In this document: positions 29,701 through 44,615 of the stretch, piece by piece
How the letters are laid out: every line of letters starts with the position of its first letter
Position numbering within the stretch: the first letter of the stretch is position 1
Notes under the pieces: generated by a model
The model's input: the letters and a program-made list of their open reading frames with translations, nothing else
Database searches by the model: none
Told to the model about the DNA's origin: nothing
Translations under genes and position numbers: made by a program
Source: Eledone cirrhosa
Taxonomy: Eukaryota
Assembly: GCA_964016885.1 (NCBI GenBank)
Contig: OZ024743.1
Span: forward strand, 278,380,001 to 278,444,000
Direction of reading: 5' to 3'
DNA length: 64,000 nucleotides

Positions 29701-30331
29701 GTGCGTGTCTCTGTTTATCTGTATGTATGTCTCTGTGTGTGTGTGTGTTGTTTGTGCGTGTCTCTGTGTGTCTGTATGTATGTATGTGTGTGTGTGTGTG
29801 TGCATATAAAATGTGTGAGTATATTATATATATATATATATATATATTTATGTTTGTGTGTGTGTGCGTGTCTCTGTGTGTCTGTATGTATGTCTGTGTG
29901 TGTGTGTGTGTGTGCATATAAAATGTGTAAGTATATATATATATATATATATATATATACGTGTGTATGTGTTGTGGAATGTAGTAGTGTTAGATTTGTT
30001 ATATTTCTTTTTTTACCCAAAAACTCAGGTTTCTTTTGAAGTAATGCCGCCTTGAAAAATAATGGAAAATAAAATAAAATAAAAACATTTTTTTTTTTTT
30101 TTACTATTTGTCATTAATTTTATTCATTTGTCTTTGATTTTATATTTTATTAATGATCTGTTTGTTTATTTATTTGTTTATTTTTATTGCATTCATCACT
30201 ATATCACTATCATTGTTGTTGGTGTTGTTGTCGATGTTATTACCATTATTGTTATTGTTTTTGTTATTGTTATCGATATACTTTTCGTTATTTTATTATT
30301 ATTGTTATACATTTATTATTTCTTTATTGCT

Positions 30332-30371
<40 letters not shown>

Positions 30372-30504
30372 GCCTTTACTACTACTACTATTACTACTAC
30401 TACTACTGCTGCTACTACTATTACTACTACTCCCACAACTCCCACTACTACTACTACCACTACTCCCACTACTACTACTACCACTACTCCCACTACCACT
30501 ACTC

Positions 30505-30547
<43 letters not shown>

Positions 30548-31897
30548 CACCACCACCTCCACCAACATCACCACCATCACCACCACCACTGCCATTATTA
30601 TTATTATTACTATTATTATTATTATCAGCAATTTATTATTAGTATTTATTTATTCGTTATAGCGAATTTTCTTTGATGTCAAATAACCATATGTAAGCTC
30701 TTGCTTGATTTATGCGGTTAGAGAGTATGAAATTGGACAGAGGGCAACGGTGGACGATGAGAAAGGAAAAATGAAAACACAGCTAAAACATAAAATATAA
30801 AAAAAAAAAACATGTAACAAAAAATAATAAATTAACAAAGGGCGAGGCACTCTTTTCCTTGTTGGGGAGAGGTAAGAGGAACAGGAAACAACGATGATGA
30901 TGATGATGATGATGATGATGACGACGATGGCGATGATGATGGTGATGATAATGACTATGATAATGATGATGATGATGATGGAAGTGGTGGTGGTGGTGGT
31001 CACAGTGGTGGTTGTGGTGGTTGTGGTGGTGATGATTTTTGTGGTAGATAGCGGGGAGGTGATATAAAAATTACAAAACTAGAGATGTCATGAGTGAGAC
31101 ATAGAGAAAGATATGTATATATGTATATATATATAGAGATATATAGATATAGAGAGAGGGGGGCGAGAGAGAGAGAAGCAGAGAAAGAAAGATGTGAGAT
31201 GGTTGACAGTGTAAAGGGGTTGGTGACGTAGATATGAGTGAGAAATTGAACTCCCATAGAATAAATGACACAAATGAACGGAATAATGAAGAAAAGGTCG
31301 CGTAATAAAGAGACTGTAAGAGAGAAAGAGAGGAAGAGAGAGAGAGGGAGAGAGAGAGGGGGAGAGAGAGAGGGGGAGACAGAGACAGGGAGGGAGAGAA
31401 AGACATTTATATATATATGAATATTTATATGTAATACATACATATCTACTCACTCAGAATCAAACACACACACATACACACACATACATACACAGACACA
31501 AACAACATTATTAAACATATTTATTTATATATATATATATATATGGAGTCAGAAAGTGGGACTGAAAAATGATAATTCGTAGAGAGGGATATGAAGGTGG
31601 TAAGATATAGGAAGGTGATAGAAGGGCTGAAAGGAGTCGATGAGTGCAATATCTTCTACGGGAGGTGTTAGGGTTAGATTTCATTGAGGTAATGGAGGTG
31701 GTACAGTGTTGTAGTGGTTGGATATATGGTAGCGTAGTAGTAGGAGAGGTGGTGAACCGCAGACTAACATGGGTTGATAGTGGAAGTGAAAAAGTTTGTA
31801 ACAAGCTAGTTGTAAATCGGTTAGCTGGGAGAAAGTGTGTGTGTGTGTATATATATGTATATATATATATGTGTTTTATATATATATAGAGAGATAT

Positions 31898-31964
<67 letters not shown>

Positions 31965-31966
<2 letters not shown>

Positions 31967-32160
31967 GATGTAAGAAAAAACACAGACCATCCATCTGATC
32001 TCTACTTTTGAAAAGCAGAACTGCGAAACCGGTAAAGGAACCGAATAAATATATATATATTTTCTAAATAAGACTCCAATTGCATTTTCGATTTCATTTG
32101 TTTTTCTTTATACTTTCACTCGTGTAGGACACCTCGGTTATTTTTCATTTTGTAAAAAAA
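31965..32160 (+). mobile_element. Solo PLE 3' repeat (family C) with U3:A8 HHR
   Basis: CTT TTGAAAA GCAG aa CTGC GAAA CCGG TA AAG (32005-32037); homologous to 35590-35730 and 37005-37222. Confidence 0.7.
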
Positions 32161-32174
32161 ACCTCACTTTCTAT

Positions 32175-32234
<60 letters not shown>

Positions 32235-32278
32235 AACATATATATAAACACATATATGCATATATATATATATATATA

Positions 32279-32647
<369 letters not shown>

Positions 32648-32699
32648 GTGTATGTGTGTGTTTGTATCTAACGCAAACACATATATTCTCGCTCTTCTT

Positions 32700-33140
32700 T
32701 TATACACCCATTACCAATGTCATGACGAAGTTCCTCCACCTGCTCACCCTGTCTAGCATTGCCGTCTCAATTTCCTGTGCCTCCAACCTGCTGTCAACTT
32801 CGAGAACATCCATCAGCATCGTGGTTGGTCTCCCAACTCGTCTGCACTTATCAGGGTTCCAGAAAAGGACGCTGCGAGCAGGTTCATTGTGACATTTCAC
32901 ACGTCCGGCTAATGCGAGCCTCCTACACCTTATGATGTCAGAAAGGCGAAGGTGTGAGCGATAGAGCGATTTCTTTGCTATGTGTGTTCTCTAGGATATG
33001 TTTTGGACCTTTCTCAATATCCGGGTGAATGTGCCATTAGTCCTCTTTTTGAGTGTTTTTCTCAGTGTCCATGACCCTTATAGGAGAATGGACTCAACCG
33101 TTGGTTTGAATAGCCTTATTTTGTGGTTTTCTTGATTGGA
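32700..33140 (-). mobile_element. RTE-clade LINE 3' fragment
   Basis: KIRLFKPTVESILL*GSWTL...TRILRKVQNIS...RRLALAG...LFWNP...RRVGRP...AMLDRVSRWR. Confidence 0.85.
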
Positions 33141-34250
33141 GACACCAGCACCTTTAATAGGGTTTATATGTATAATATATATATATATAAATATAGATAT
33201 AGATATATAAAAATAAAGTGAGAGAGTGGGGGAGAAGGGGGAGAGAGAGAAACCTAGGCGGAAGTAGATACAGGTACTAAATAATATAGATCGAAAATAG
33301 ATGCGCATATGTGCAGAGGGAGAGATACATAGCAACATACATGTAAATATCTCCTTGCAACTATTCTATAGGGCCGATCCCATTGTTTGGCACATTGGGA
33401 ATATGCCTTATATTTTAGCTTCGTTTAGATCTGTGAGAATTCGTTGACAGAAACTATGCAGAGGACTGTCATGTGTGTGTAATTGTGTTACCGCTGTACA
33501 CTCAATATTGTTTAATTAGATCTTATGATGTCCATGCTTTCCCTAAATGATTTAAGCTTTATCTATTTCAAATTTTAATTAATTGGGACTTCGGTGCATC
33601 AACACATTTCAATTTTTGCATTTTTTTTTTTTTTTGTCTTGCTCGAATGGATATAGTGTCGATTAATTAGAAAAAAGTTAGGTGTGATAAGGCGGCAAAT
33701 TGTCAAAGTCGAACGAAATGGCATGTGGAATTCGTTCCGGCTCACTGCAATCTGAGTTCAAAATTGCGTCGAGGTCCAACTTTGCGGCCTTTCATCTTTT
33801 CCGCGCCGATTCTACTCTCTCTTACTCTTTATCCCCTTCCTCCTTTCTCTTTTTCTCTTCACGAACACACACGCACACACACACACACAGACTCTCTCTC
33901 ACTTACTCTTTCTCCTTCTCTCACTTGTTCTCCCCCCTCTCTCTCTCTCCCTCTCTCTCTTTCTCTTTGACTGAAAGAGATCGGTTGTTTTCAGAGAAAG
34001 ACAGAAATAGATTTTAGAAGGTTTAAATAACCTAGACAATTCGTAGTTCTCACTGTCGTTCTTTTAACTATTTAAAGTTGAACATCCAAAGCAATATCTA
34101 TTAGCACATAATTCTCTAAAAGTTTGGGAAGTTTGGTGGTTTTCTCTGGAGTAACCACCTCTCTATGGTGTATTTTGAATTATTGAATTCTATTACGCAA
34201 GTACTAATAGATATGTAGATGTAGCTATCTTGATACCTGGATGAATTACT

Positions 34251-34295
<45 letters not shown>

Positions 34296-34299
<4 letters not shown>

Positions 34300-35728
34300 A
34301 AAATAATCAAAAGCAAAATTACAACCGAAATCACTAAAAACATTACACACCAATGCCAAATTACCTACCACAAACCCACAAAGAACTGTCAAAAAATGTG
34401 GTCGCTCTAATTGTGGAACCTACACTCACCCCATTGAAGGCAACTCGTATACATTTCAATCAGGACAAAATTTTGCTGTAAAAAATCACTCCACTTGTTC
34501 ATCAAAAAATCTTCTTTATGCCATTAAATGTAAAGGATGCAATGAAGAATATATAGGAGAAACTAAACCAACACTCAGAAACAGAATGACAGTTCATGGC
34601 CAACAATTACGAGGTCCTACCACTAGACAGATACCACTCAGTGCACATCTAGACATATGCGCAAGTAATAAGACGCCCAAATTCCAAGTCTTCCCATTTT
34701 ATCTTTCCGCTGACAATACAACAGAACAAATACGAATAAATAAGGAAAATATGTTTATTCAAAAATATAGATCAGAATTAGATATAGTTTAATATACATT
34801 ATGTCATCACCATAACAGGCTATCCATCCAAACAGACACATACATACGAACACACATAACTCCCTCCCCCATTTCTACTAATGGAACCATTTTCCTACAC
34901 ACACACACACACACACACACAAATATATATATATCTTCTCCATCTTAACATGCTAACCAAGCTCCCACACACACATACACACACACATAACACCCATACA
35001 CACACACACACAACTTCCTCCCCCATTTCTACTAATAGAATCATCTTCTTACACACACACACCAGCACACAAATAAACATACATATCTCTACTTTCTTTA
35101 TTTCAATAAAAAATCTGAATTTTGACACCTCAGCACACCAGCCATATTCACTTTTCTCTTGACCATTATCTTTTGTTTGGCACAAAATTCTCTAAAAGGC
35201 TACAAAATAAATTCCAAAATACGGGCGCGAAATTTAATGTTCACGTCACAGTAATAATTTCATTCATAACCAATCAAATTACATTTATAAAAAAAAGCCT
35301 TCGTGAGCCACCTTTTCCAAGTAAAAAGAAATTCAAACACAAACTGGCGCGAAAGCTGATGTGCTTATTCACGTGACTGCATCAACCAACCAAACTTCAC
35401 TTATATATGAAAAAACAATCTGAACCCCCTCCCCACCCTTTTTTTTTTTTTAAGGCAAATATAATAAGAACTTTGTAATGCGAACTAGTGCGAAAATTAT
35501 TATACTTATTCATCAAACAACAAAATTACTTCTCTAAAAACCTAGTATTTTTTCCATATAATACAGAAGTAACATTCAAACACCAACCAGATGTGAAAAA
35601 ACCACAAACCCTCCATCTCAATTCTACCTTTGAAAAGCAGAAGAACTGCGAAACCGGTAAGGAACCAAATAAATATACATTTAAAAAAAAAAAAAGATTC
35701 CAGGTGCATTTTCGATTTCGTCTTTCTT

Positions 35729-35731
<3 letters not shown>
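34296..35731 (+). mobile_element. 5'-truncated Penelope-like element (family C): GIY-YIG end, long 3' region, HHR, bounded by (TA)n
   Basis: KCGRSNCGT...TCSSKNLLYAIKCKGCNEEYIGETKPTLRNRMTVH...LSAHLDIC...RINKENMFIQKY, stop at 34792; HHR at 35627-35662. Confidence 0.9.
35627..35662 (+). ncRNA. Minimal type I hammerhead, U3:A8 variant (family C)
   Basis: CCT TTGAAAA GCAG aagaa CTGC GAAA CCGG TA AGG; palindromic stem III ACCGGT; GUA triplet. Confidence 0.75.
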
Positions 35732-35789
<58 letters not shown>

Positions 35790-35862
35790 CTCATTTACAC
35801 AGACGAGAAAACTATATATTCTCGGCTATTTTCAAATCCAGCAGTCGCAGAGCAGTGGGAGG

Positions 35863-35912
35863 GATCGTCCTGACGATGGCCAGTCAAGCCGGAAATGCAT
35901 GCATAGACGGTT
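35863..35912 (+). ncRNA. Intact type I hammerhead (family D)
   Basis: GATCGTC CTGACGA TGGC cagtcaa GCCG GAAA TGCATGCA TA GACGGTT; all core nucleotides present; palindromic stem III ATGCATGCAT. Confidence 0.9.
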
Positions 35913-35973
35913 GTCCCCCTTGCTTCTGCTGGACATATTAAAAAATGAAGATATTCACATAATCAAAATATGC

Positions 35974-36033
35974 TTTATTATATATATTTCGAAGGTACTG
36001 TGTTGTTTTTTCAGTACGTCCTCGTCAGATAAA
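35974..36033 (-). ncRNA. Intact type I hammerhead (family E)
   Basis: TTTAT CTGACGA GGAC GTACTG...CAGTAC CTTC GAAA TATATA TA ATAAA. Confidence 0.85.
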
Positions 36034-36753
36034 ATATATGACATACCTCTACGGTCTTTGTATTTCAATTCCTGTATTGGCAGTGATTTATTTCATCAAA
36101 TCTCAAATTTATATACCACAAATAATAATATGATAAACTTAAAGAAGAAAAGGACGTGGAGCGCATTAGAGATATAAGAGAGGGTGTAAAGAGGAGGAAG
36201 GCAAGAAAAAAAAGAAAAAATAAATAAATACACACATAAATATTTAAATGAATAAAAATAAATAAATGGATGGATGAACAGAGGAAGAAGAAAGGAGAAA
36301 TAACGACAAAAGAGAGGGAACATAAAATATATGGGGGGATAGATAGCAAAAACCCTTGTTTGCAAATATAAGGTCAATAGAGTCAACCAATCAATTACCA
36401 TAAACCATTGAATGTCTCTTGTATTTGATTATGGTTAAGCTAATTATACTTATATATTATATCAAAATTGATATTAAAAGGTCCAGGAAAATTGTTTCGA
36501 TTGAGTGCTTTTAATCTATTGTAAAACTGTATTCATTGAGTAATCAATAAACCATATTAATCTTTGGTTATGTATATATATATATATATATATATTGAGT
36601 TTTGCCTACCGCAATGTACAATTTGTCATGCTATTTAAACGTATGTTATTACTCTAAGGACCTACCCTTATTGAGTGCTTTGCTAACTCATTCCTATTGT
36701 AGGTCGACTTTGCTTGGCCACAGGCAAAGCTTCGATTTTACTAAGCTTCCACT

Positions 36754-36806
<53 letters not shown>

Positions 36807-37002
36807 TTGTGTGTGTGTTTGTGTGTGTGTGTATAAATATATAGCTATACATATATACATATATACACACACACATACAGACACACACATATATATGTAT
36901 ATATATATATATATATACATATACACACACACATACATACACACACACATATATATATATGTATATATATATTTATTATACTTATTCACCAACCAGCCAA
37001 CC

Positions 37003-37220
37003 AAATTACTTCTCTAAAAACCTAGCATTTCGAGCCACTTTTTTTCAATATAAAACAGAAGTAACATTCAAACACCAACCAGATGTGAGAAAAACCACAA
37101 ACCCTCCATCTCAATTCTGCTTTTGAAAAGTAGAAGAACTGCGAAACCGGTAAAGGAACCAAATAAATATATATTTTTATAAAAGAAGACTCCAGTTGCA
37201 TTTTCGATTTCATCTTTTAT

Positions 37221-37222
<2 letters not shown>
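37003..37222 (+). mobile_element. Solo family C 3' repeat with U3:A8 HHR
   Basis: Homologous to 35520-35730; CTT TTGAAAA GTAG aagaa CTGC GAAA CCGG TA AAG at 37120-37155; followed by (TA)n. Confidence 0.75.
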
Positions 37223-37303
<81 letters not shown>

Positions 37304-39003
37304 TATTTACTTATATATGTGTGTGTGCGCGTATGTGTGAGTCGAAACGAAGCACATCAACACGTAAGGTGGATGTCGAGTATTTATATTAACAGTAATA
37401 CATAAATCGCCATAGCACCAATACAGTGGAATTCGGAATAAAGACGAATAGGAACGCATATACAATAGATAAACGTTGACCCTAACAGTGAGTTTCACAA
37501 TTATACCAGTATCAATGAAGGCCCGGTGTGTACCTGAATTTCACAGCCAATACTGATCTTCATCACTCACTGATTTATGCCCATATGTTGATACAGGAAA
37601 ATCAGTATCGTTGTATAGAATTTGTAATCAAACTGATCTTGCTGAAAGCTGATTTAGATATTTGCATATAGTGTAAGCTTGACCGGCTAGTATTAGTAAG
37701 AGATACCATTTACACAGAGTGATTCAGAAGAAATATATATGAACCCATCAAACCAAACAACGGGTGTGTTTTACTATGTTTTCTGGCAATATTAGTACAA
37801 CATGACTCTCCCCAAATATAACAATATCCACCATTTCATATCAAAACCCTTGCAAAACAAATACGTCGCCGCTTGTGCAATATGTTTCTGTATAATTTAT
37901 ATATGGCCATCGATATGGTAGAGTTATATTTGTTCTGGTTCTCTGCGTGTTTAGTTCCTATCCCGCATAGGTCCGCTTTGCCTTTCATCTGCAGTTATGA
38001 AGAAAGCACTTGTACAGTGATGGTGCAATTCCTTTCTCTTTCAGGCTGTCACACCCTGGATATTTCGGTATATCAATGAAAGAAAGGTCGAGAAGGTGTT
38101 TGTGCCAGCTAGTGACAGCATGGACATATAAAGCTCTCAGTTAAAGCATGTTACATACTGCCAACTCATACCTGACTGCGAGTGACTGCAGAAGTATTAA
38201 TAAGGATGAATTTACTCTCACTCAGCAGTCACGAACCTCTCCACAACTTTCAACATTTCTTATTCATCAAGGCGGGGAGGTTACATGAGAAGACATTTGC
38301 TTAGGTTATCACGCAGTGTGGGAACAAAATAGCATGTATTTAAGAAACTAGGTTGTTAATTGAAAATCCATCAAGTTGTCAAAATATGAACCCATAAATA
38401 ATATGTTTAAGAAAGTATAATAAATAAATGTTTTTGACTCAATGTGAGTATTTTCACATATGGTCGTTCCACAGCTATTTCAGCATCAGTTTATTAAATA
38501 ATCCGAGGCAAGGATACAGCACAGTATTAGAACCAGGCACCACGCAGTTGCAAAATACACTCACATACCTGCACACATAACCTATAGAATCTAAACTGAA
38601 GTCAACAAACTATTGATGTACACTCATTAACATATTTCAAAGTTAACAACATTCTAGAAAGATTCTAGAAAAGTTGACTTGTAAAGGTTATCAATCCTCT
38701 AAGAATTTTTATAGATAGAAAAAAATATATCATAAAACTTTAGAGAAATCGGTGTTGTTGTTTATATATAATTGGTAATACAGAAAACTCGTTCAGTTAT
38801 AAACTTGAAAGGGTTAACTGGAAATCCGGTAAAAGGGGAAAGGATGGTTAATAAACTTATCTGTCTATCTTTCAGATTTCTTTTTCGTCTTCTAGCTCCC
38901 CTTTTCTCCCCCTTCTCTCTTACACAACCAGTATGTATGAATATATATATATATATATATAATTCATGTTCATACATAAATATTTATACATATATATATA
39001 AAT

Positions 39004-39116
<113 letters not shown>

Positions 39117-39267
39117 TAAGTGTGCGTCTGTACACATATATATGCGTGTAGGTCATATTAATCTATGAAATATGAAATTATAAATATATAAAATATAGAT
39201 GCACATTTATATTACACACCCACGCACGCTCACGCACGCACACACACACACATAAACACACACACAC

Positions 39268-39298
<31 letters not shown>

Positions 39299-39299
39299 T

Positions 39300-39331
<32 letters not shown>

Positions 39332-39421
39332 TATGCATATATATTTCTGTTATATATCTGTAATACATAAATTTTACATAATATAACATATATTTGTAAT
39401 ATATTATATTATATTATAAAT

Positions 39422-39457
<36 letters not shown>

Positions 39458-39859
39458 GACACACACACACACACACATATACTCATACACACATATACAC
39501 ATGCACACATATACACATACACACATATACACATGCACACATATACACATACACACATATACACATGCATACATATACACATACAAACATATACACATAC
39601 ACACATACACACATACACACATGCACACATATATACATACACACATACACACATACACATACACACATATACACATACACACATACACTCATATACACAT
39701 ACACACATAGACACATATACACATACACACATATACACATATACACATACACACATATACACATACACATACACACATACACACACATACACACACATAC
39801 ACACACATACACACACATGATATTTCACATGTGCAATATATATTTATTAATTATGTATG

Positions 39860-41164
39860 TGTGTATGTGTGTCTCTGTGTAAGTGTGTGTGCGTGTCTCT
39901 ATGTATCTGTGTGTATATGTGTGTAGGTGTGTGTATCTTCGTGTGTAAGTGTGTGTGAGTATGTGTGTAGGTGTGCGTATCTCTGTGTAAGTGTTGCGTG
40001 TAGGGGTGTGTATCTTTGTGTAGGTGTGTGTGCGTATGTGTGTAGGTGTGCGTATCTCTGTGTAGGTGTGTGCGCGTATGTGTGTAGGTGTGTGTATCTC
40101 TGTGTAGGTGTGTGTGTGTGTGTATCTTCGTGTGTAAGTGTGTGTGAGTATGTGTGTAGGTGTGTGTATATGTGTGTAGGTGTGTGCGGGTATGTGTGTA
40201 GGTGTGCGTATCTCTGTGTAAGTGTATGTGAGTATGTGTGTAGGGGTGTGTATCTCTGTGTAGGTGTGTGTGCGTATGTGTGTAAGTGTGCGTATCTCTG
40301 TGTAAGTGTGTGTGAGTATGTGTGTAGGTGTGTGTATCTCTGTGTAAGTGTGTGTGCGTATGTGTGTAGGTGTGTGTATCTCTGTGTAGGTGTGTGTATC
40401 TCTGTGTAGGTGTGTGTATCTCTGTGTAGGTGTGTGTGCGTATGTGTGTAGGTGTGTGTATCTTTGTGTAGGTGTGTGTGCGTATGTGTGTAAGTGTGTG
40501 TATCACGGTGTAGGTGTGTGTATGTGTAGGTGTGTGTAGGTGTGTGTATCTTCGTGTGTAAGTGTGTGTGAGTATGTCTGTAGGTGTGTGTATATATGTG
40601 TAGGTGTGTGCGTATGTGTGTATGTGTGTAGGTGTGCGTATCTCTGTGTAAGTGTGTGTGAGTATGTGTGTAGGTGTGCGTATCTCTGTGTAGGTGTGTG
40701 TGCGTATGTGTGTAGGTGTGTGTATCTCTGTGTAGGTGTGTGTGCGTATGTGTGTAGGTGTGTGTATCTCTGTGTAGGTGTGTGTGCGTATGTATGTAGG
40801 TATGTGTATCTCTGTGTAGGTGTGTGTGCGTATGTGTGTAGGTGTGTGTATCTCTGTGTAGGTGTGTGTGCGTATGTGTGTAGGTGTGTGTATCTCTGTG
40901 TAGGTGTGTGTGCATATGTGTGTAGGTGTGTGTATCTCTGTGTAGGTGTGTGTGCGTATGTGTGTAGGTGTGTGTATCTCTGTGTAGGTGTGTGAGCGTA
41001 TGTGTGTAGGTGTGTGTATCTCTGTGTAGGTGTGTGTGCGTATGTGTGTAGGTGTGTGTATCTCTGTGTAGGTGTGTGTGCGTATGTGTGTAGGTATGTG
41101 TATCTCTGTGTAGGTGTGTGTATCTCTGTGTAGGTGTGTGTGCGTATGTGTGTAGGTGTGTGTA
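39860..41164. repeat. 42-bp minisatellite built from degenerate (GT)n
   Basis: Unit gtgtgtgtatctctgtgtag + gtgtgtgtgcgtatgtgtgtag; gives the 14-aa periodic ORFs. Confidence 0.9.
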
Positions 41165-41462
41165 GATATGGGAGGGTGAAGATAAAAAGCAAGCGGGGAA
41201 ATGATGGAGAGAAAAGGAAATAAAATATAGATGCAGAGTAAGTGATGAAAGAAATGAAAATTGAAGGAAAGACATGTGGTTACGATGTCAGCCTTATCGA
41301 CTGCTTTGATCTGTGAATATCTGTATTGTGGAGATTGATAGATGGGGGGGAATCAGTTCAGTCGATACACCTACACACACATACACACACACATGTACAC
41401 ACACGTACATACATACATATACATATACGCACACACACATGTACACACACGTACATCCATAC

Positions 41463-41509
<47 letters not shown>

Positions 41510-41560
41510 AACATGTACACACACGCTCATACACACATACACACACACACACACACACAT

Positions 41561-41593
<33 letters not shown>

Positions 41594-42053
41594 AGTACAT
41601 ACACGCACATGCATACAAAAGCATACACATACACCCACATACACGTGTACACACGCACACACATACATACACATACAGACATGTACACACACGTACATAC
41701 ATACATACACATACACACACAGACATGTACAGACACGTACATACATACACATACACACACAGACATGTATACACGCACGCACATACATACATACATACAC
41801 ATACACACAGACATGTACACACACGCACATACATACATACACATACACACATACATGTACGCACACACACAAACAAACATACACATACACAGACACAGAA
41901 GACATGTACGCACACACACAAACATACGTACATACACATAGACATGTACACACAGACATGTACACACACGCACAAGCATACATACACATACACACACAAA
42001 ACACATAGATATAGATGCACACACAAATAAAATCACATAAATTTATGCATGTG

Positions 42054-42098
<45 letters not shown>

Positions 42099-42264
42099 TT
42101 GTGCGTGTGTATGAATGAATCTGTGTGTTTATGTATGTATATACGTATGTTTATATATATATATATATATATGTGTGTATATGTATGCATACATACTTGT
42201 ATGCATGCATATGTGTGAGTGAATGTATATATGTGTAAGTCTGTAGGTGCAGACCCACATGCAC

Positions 42265-42345
<81 letters not shown>

Positions 42346-42354
42346 CGCGTGTGT

Positions 42355-42570
42355 GACAGCTGGCCTCCTCTCAGGTATATCTCATTGGAGGTATCTTGGG
42401 TAATTTAATTATAGGGACCCCAGTCCTATCATCTCATTTCTACAGCTGAGTAAACTGGAGCAATGTGAAATAAAGTGTCTTGCTCAAGGAAACAACACAT
42501 CACCCGGTTCGAGAATTGAACTCAACTTTTCGATTGAAAGCCCAATGCTCTAACCACTAAGCCATGCGCC

Positions 42571-42572
<2 letters not shown>
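42355..42572 (-). mobile_element. CORE-like SINE (S2)
   Basis: ggcgcatggcttagtggttagag head and ccttgagcaagacactttatttcac block. Confidence 0.75.
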
Positions 42573-42638
<66 letters not shown>

Positions 42639-42854
42639 TATAAATGTATATATATGTATATAAATATGTATAAATATGTATAAATATGTATATGTGCATA
42701 TCTATATAAATATGTATGTTTATGTGTGTGTGTGCGTATTTAATCGTGTGTTTATACACACGATTAGAGATTAATTCAAAGACGCATACACACCTAAGTA
42801 TGTAAGCGAATGTATATAAAATGTTACTAGTTGAACGATTAGTAAGACCATTAT

Positions 42855-44615
42855 ATAGCTTTTTATTCTACACGTTACTGCAATAGAATAACAAATATCT
42901 TTTAAAATAACAGATTAGGACAATGAGATTGATGAGTTAATATCTGAATATAACAACTACAACGGTACACGATGGGGCCCACCCACAGCCCCGGCGGACA
43001 GAATGGAGAAGGCGTTTCCTCGGAGGACGGCAAGGGAGACGCGCTGGAAAAGCCACTCCAACTCGCGGGGCTCACACATGCGGCTGGCCAGCTCAGCGCC
43101 TATGGTGGTGGGTAAGGAGGTAGCCCTGGGGCCGAGGACACCAGAAGTCTCCACTGCCAGGGGTACGACCGCAAATCTGTCGGAGAGCGACCGGTATTTG
43201 AGGATATTGGCCCCCTCAGCCCGACGTGCAGCAGAACCTGAGTCAGTCGCAGACTGCACCAGGTTGCGGCTGCAGAAAGTGTTGGTGCAAGTGGCATCCC
43301 AGACGAGGGCTTTACCACCGCAGAACGGGAAGATGGTCATGCCATCTGGCTTTTTGCCGTCCCCTCGATCCAGCCCCATCGGCTCGAGCTGGGAAGGGAA
43401 AGCTGCGGCGTCCAAGACATGCCTTATGACCTCGTTGAGGGCAGCATGGTGTGGAATGCGGCCGGCACTGTGGTGACAGGAAAGCGGGTGGAGGCCGAAA
43501 GAGTCCACAGTGGAACCGCAGCGACATTGGTGTGGCTGGCAGATTCGGAGGCCGAGCCTCAAGCAAACGCCGATTCGCAGGCTATGGTTGTCTAGCTGCG
43601 TGCCAGTGGAGAAGGAGGGAAGGGCATGAAGCCAGGCACCACTGTGGGGTTTGGAGGCCGCACGAAAACAAGCAAGGCGGTGCTGGTCGAGCTGGCGCGT
43701 GAGCCTGCCTGAGGCCAGGCTGCACTGGATCGCATCCCAAGTGTGTTGGGGGGACTTGACGTCAACAGGGGGAGAAGGAGGAGGGACGTCTACTGGGCTA
43801 AGTCCCAGCCGGTCCCACGTCTCACAGGCGGCCTCACGTTCTCAGAACACAGAGGGTTCTGTTGTGTTTTGAAGAACCCTGCTGACGAGGACGCGGTACT
43901 AGGTTACCGACGAAAGATACGCTGGAAAAGCTAGTGGGATCGGGGACCGGAGGCCAAGGCCGCCATACCTGACAGGTAAAGTGGCCTGATCCCACCCTAT
44001 GTCGTCAAACCTGACGTTGCATATCCCCTCGGCTGCTGCTCGGATACAAGTATCGAGGTCAGCGAGGAGAGATGTCTGGGTGTAGCACGGAGCGCTGCGG
44101 AGTGTATAGAGGAGCTTCGGCATGACGAAGCAGTTCCTCAGCTGGGGGGCTGTCAATCAAGCCCAGTCGGCTCGTGAGAATCTGGAGCTGTTGAAGCCTG
44201 GACCTGATGGAGGAGCGGATGACCGGCGGGTGGATCGGTGACCCGAGGATGAGGACATCCTCTTTGGGAGGTCACCTGAACCTGGCGGAGAATGGACCGC
44301 ACGTCCAAGACGGAGGCTGCAAATCTCGCAGCATCGAGGCTGACATTCACCACCTCCGACTTGGCCGAGTTGACCTGGAGGCCGATTCCCGCCAGGGCAG
44401 GAACCACCGATTGAAGGTTATGGCAGACCGTCCGTACGGCCCCGACCAACGTAACATCATCCAGATACCAAACGTTGAGAGGGGCCGTGATACTCCGGGC
44501 GATGTGGTCAATACCAAGGGCGAACAGGAGGGGTCCGAAAGGGTCGCTCTGTTGGACCCCAGTAGCCGAGGGTATGACCGTATCAGCAGCAAGGAGCATG
44601 TAAATGGCGGCGAAA
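42855..44615 (-). mobile_element. 5'-truncated CRE-like (RLE-type) non-LTR retrotransposon, RT + restriction-like endonuclease, frameshifted
   Basis: GVQQSDPFGPLLF, WYLDD, QATLPVRYGGLGLR, CRCG...HPLSC...HAALN, KPDG...LVWDATC...KY...PLAVETSG...FQRVSLAVLRGNA; AATAAA at 42862-42867. Confidence 0.9.

Noticed and set aside
30153-30662. Mucin-like poly-Thr/Pro ORF
   Set aside because: Compound (TAC/CAC)n microsatellite open in several frames, with no splice or coding evidence.
37470-37525. Minus-strand TTGATAC...GAAAC tcact GTT aggg motif
   Set aside because: No convincing stem II.
38795-38840. cttgaaagggttaactggaaatccggta resembling the family C HHR
   Set aside because: Core and stems do not fit.
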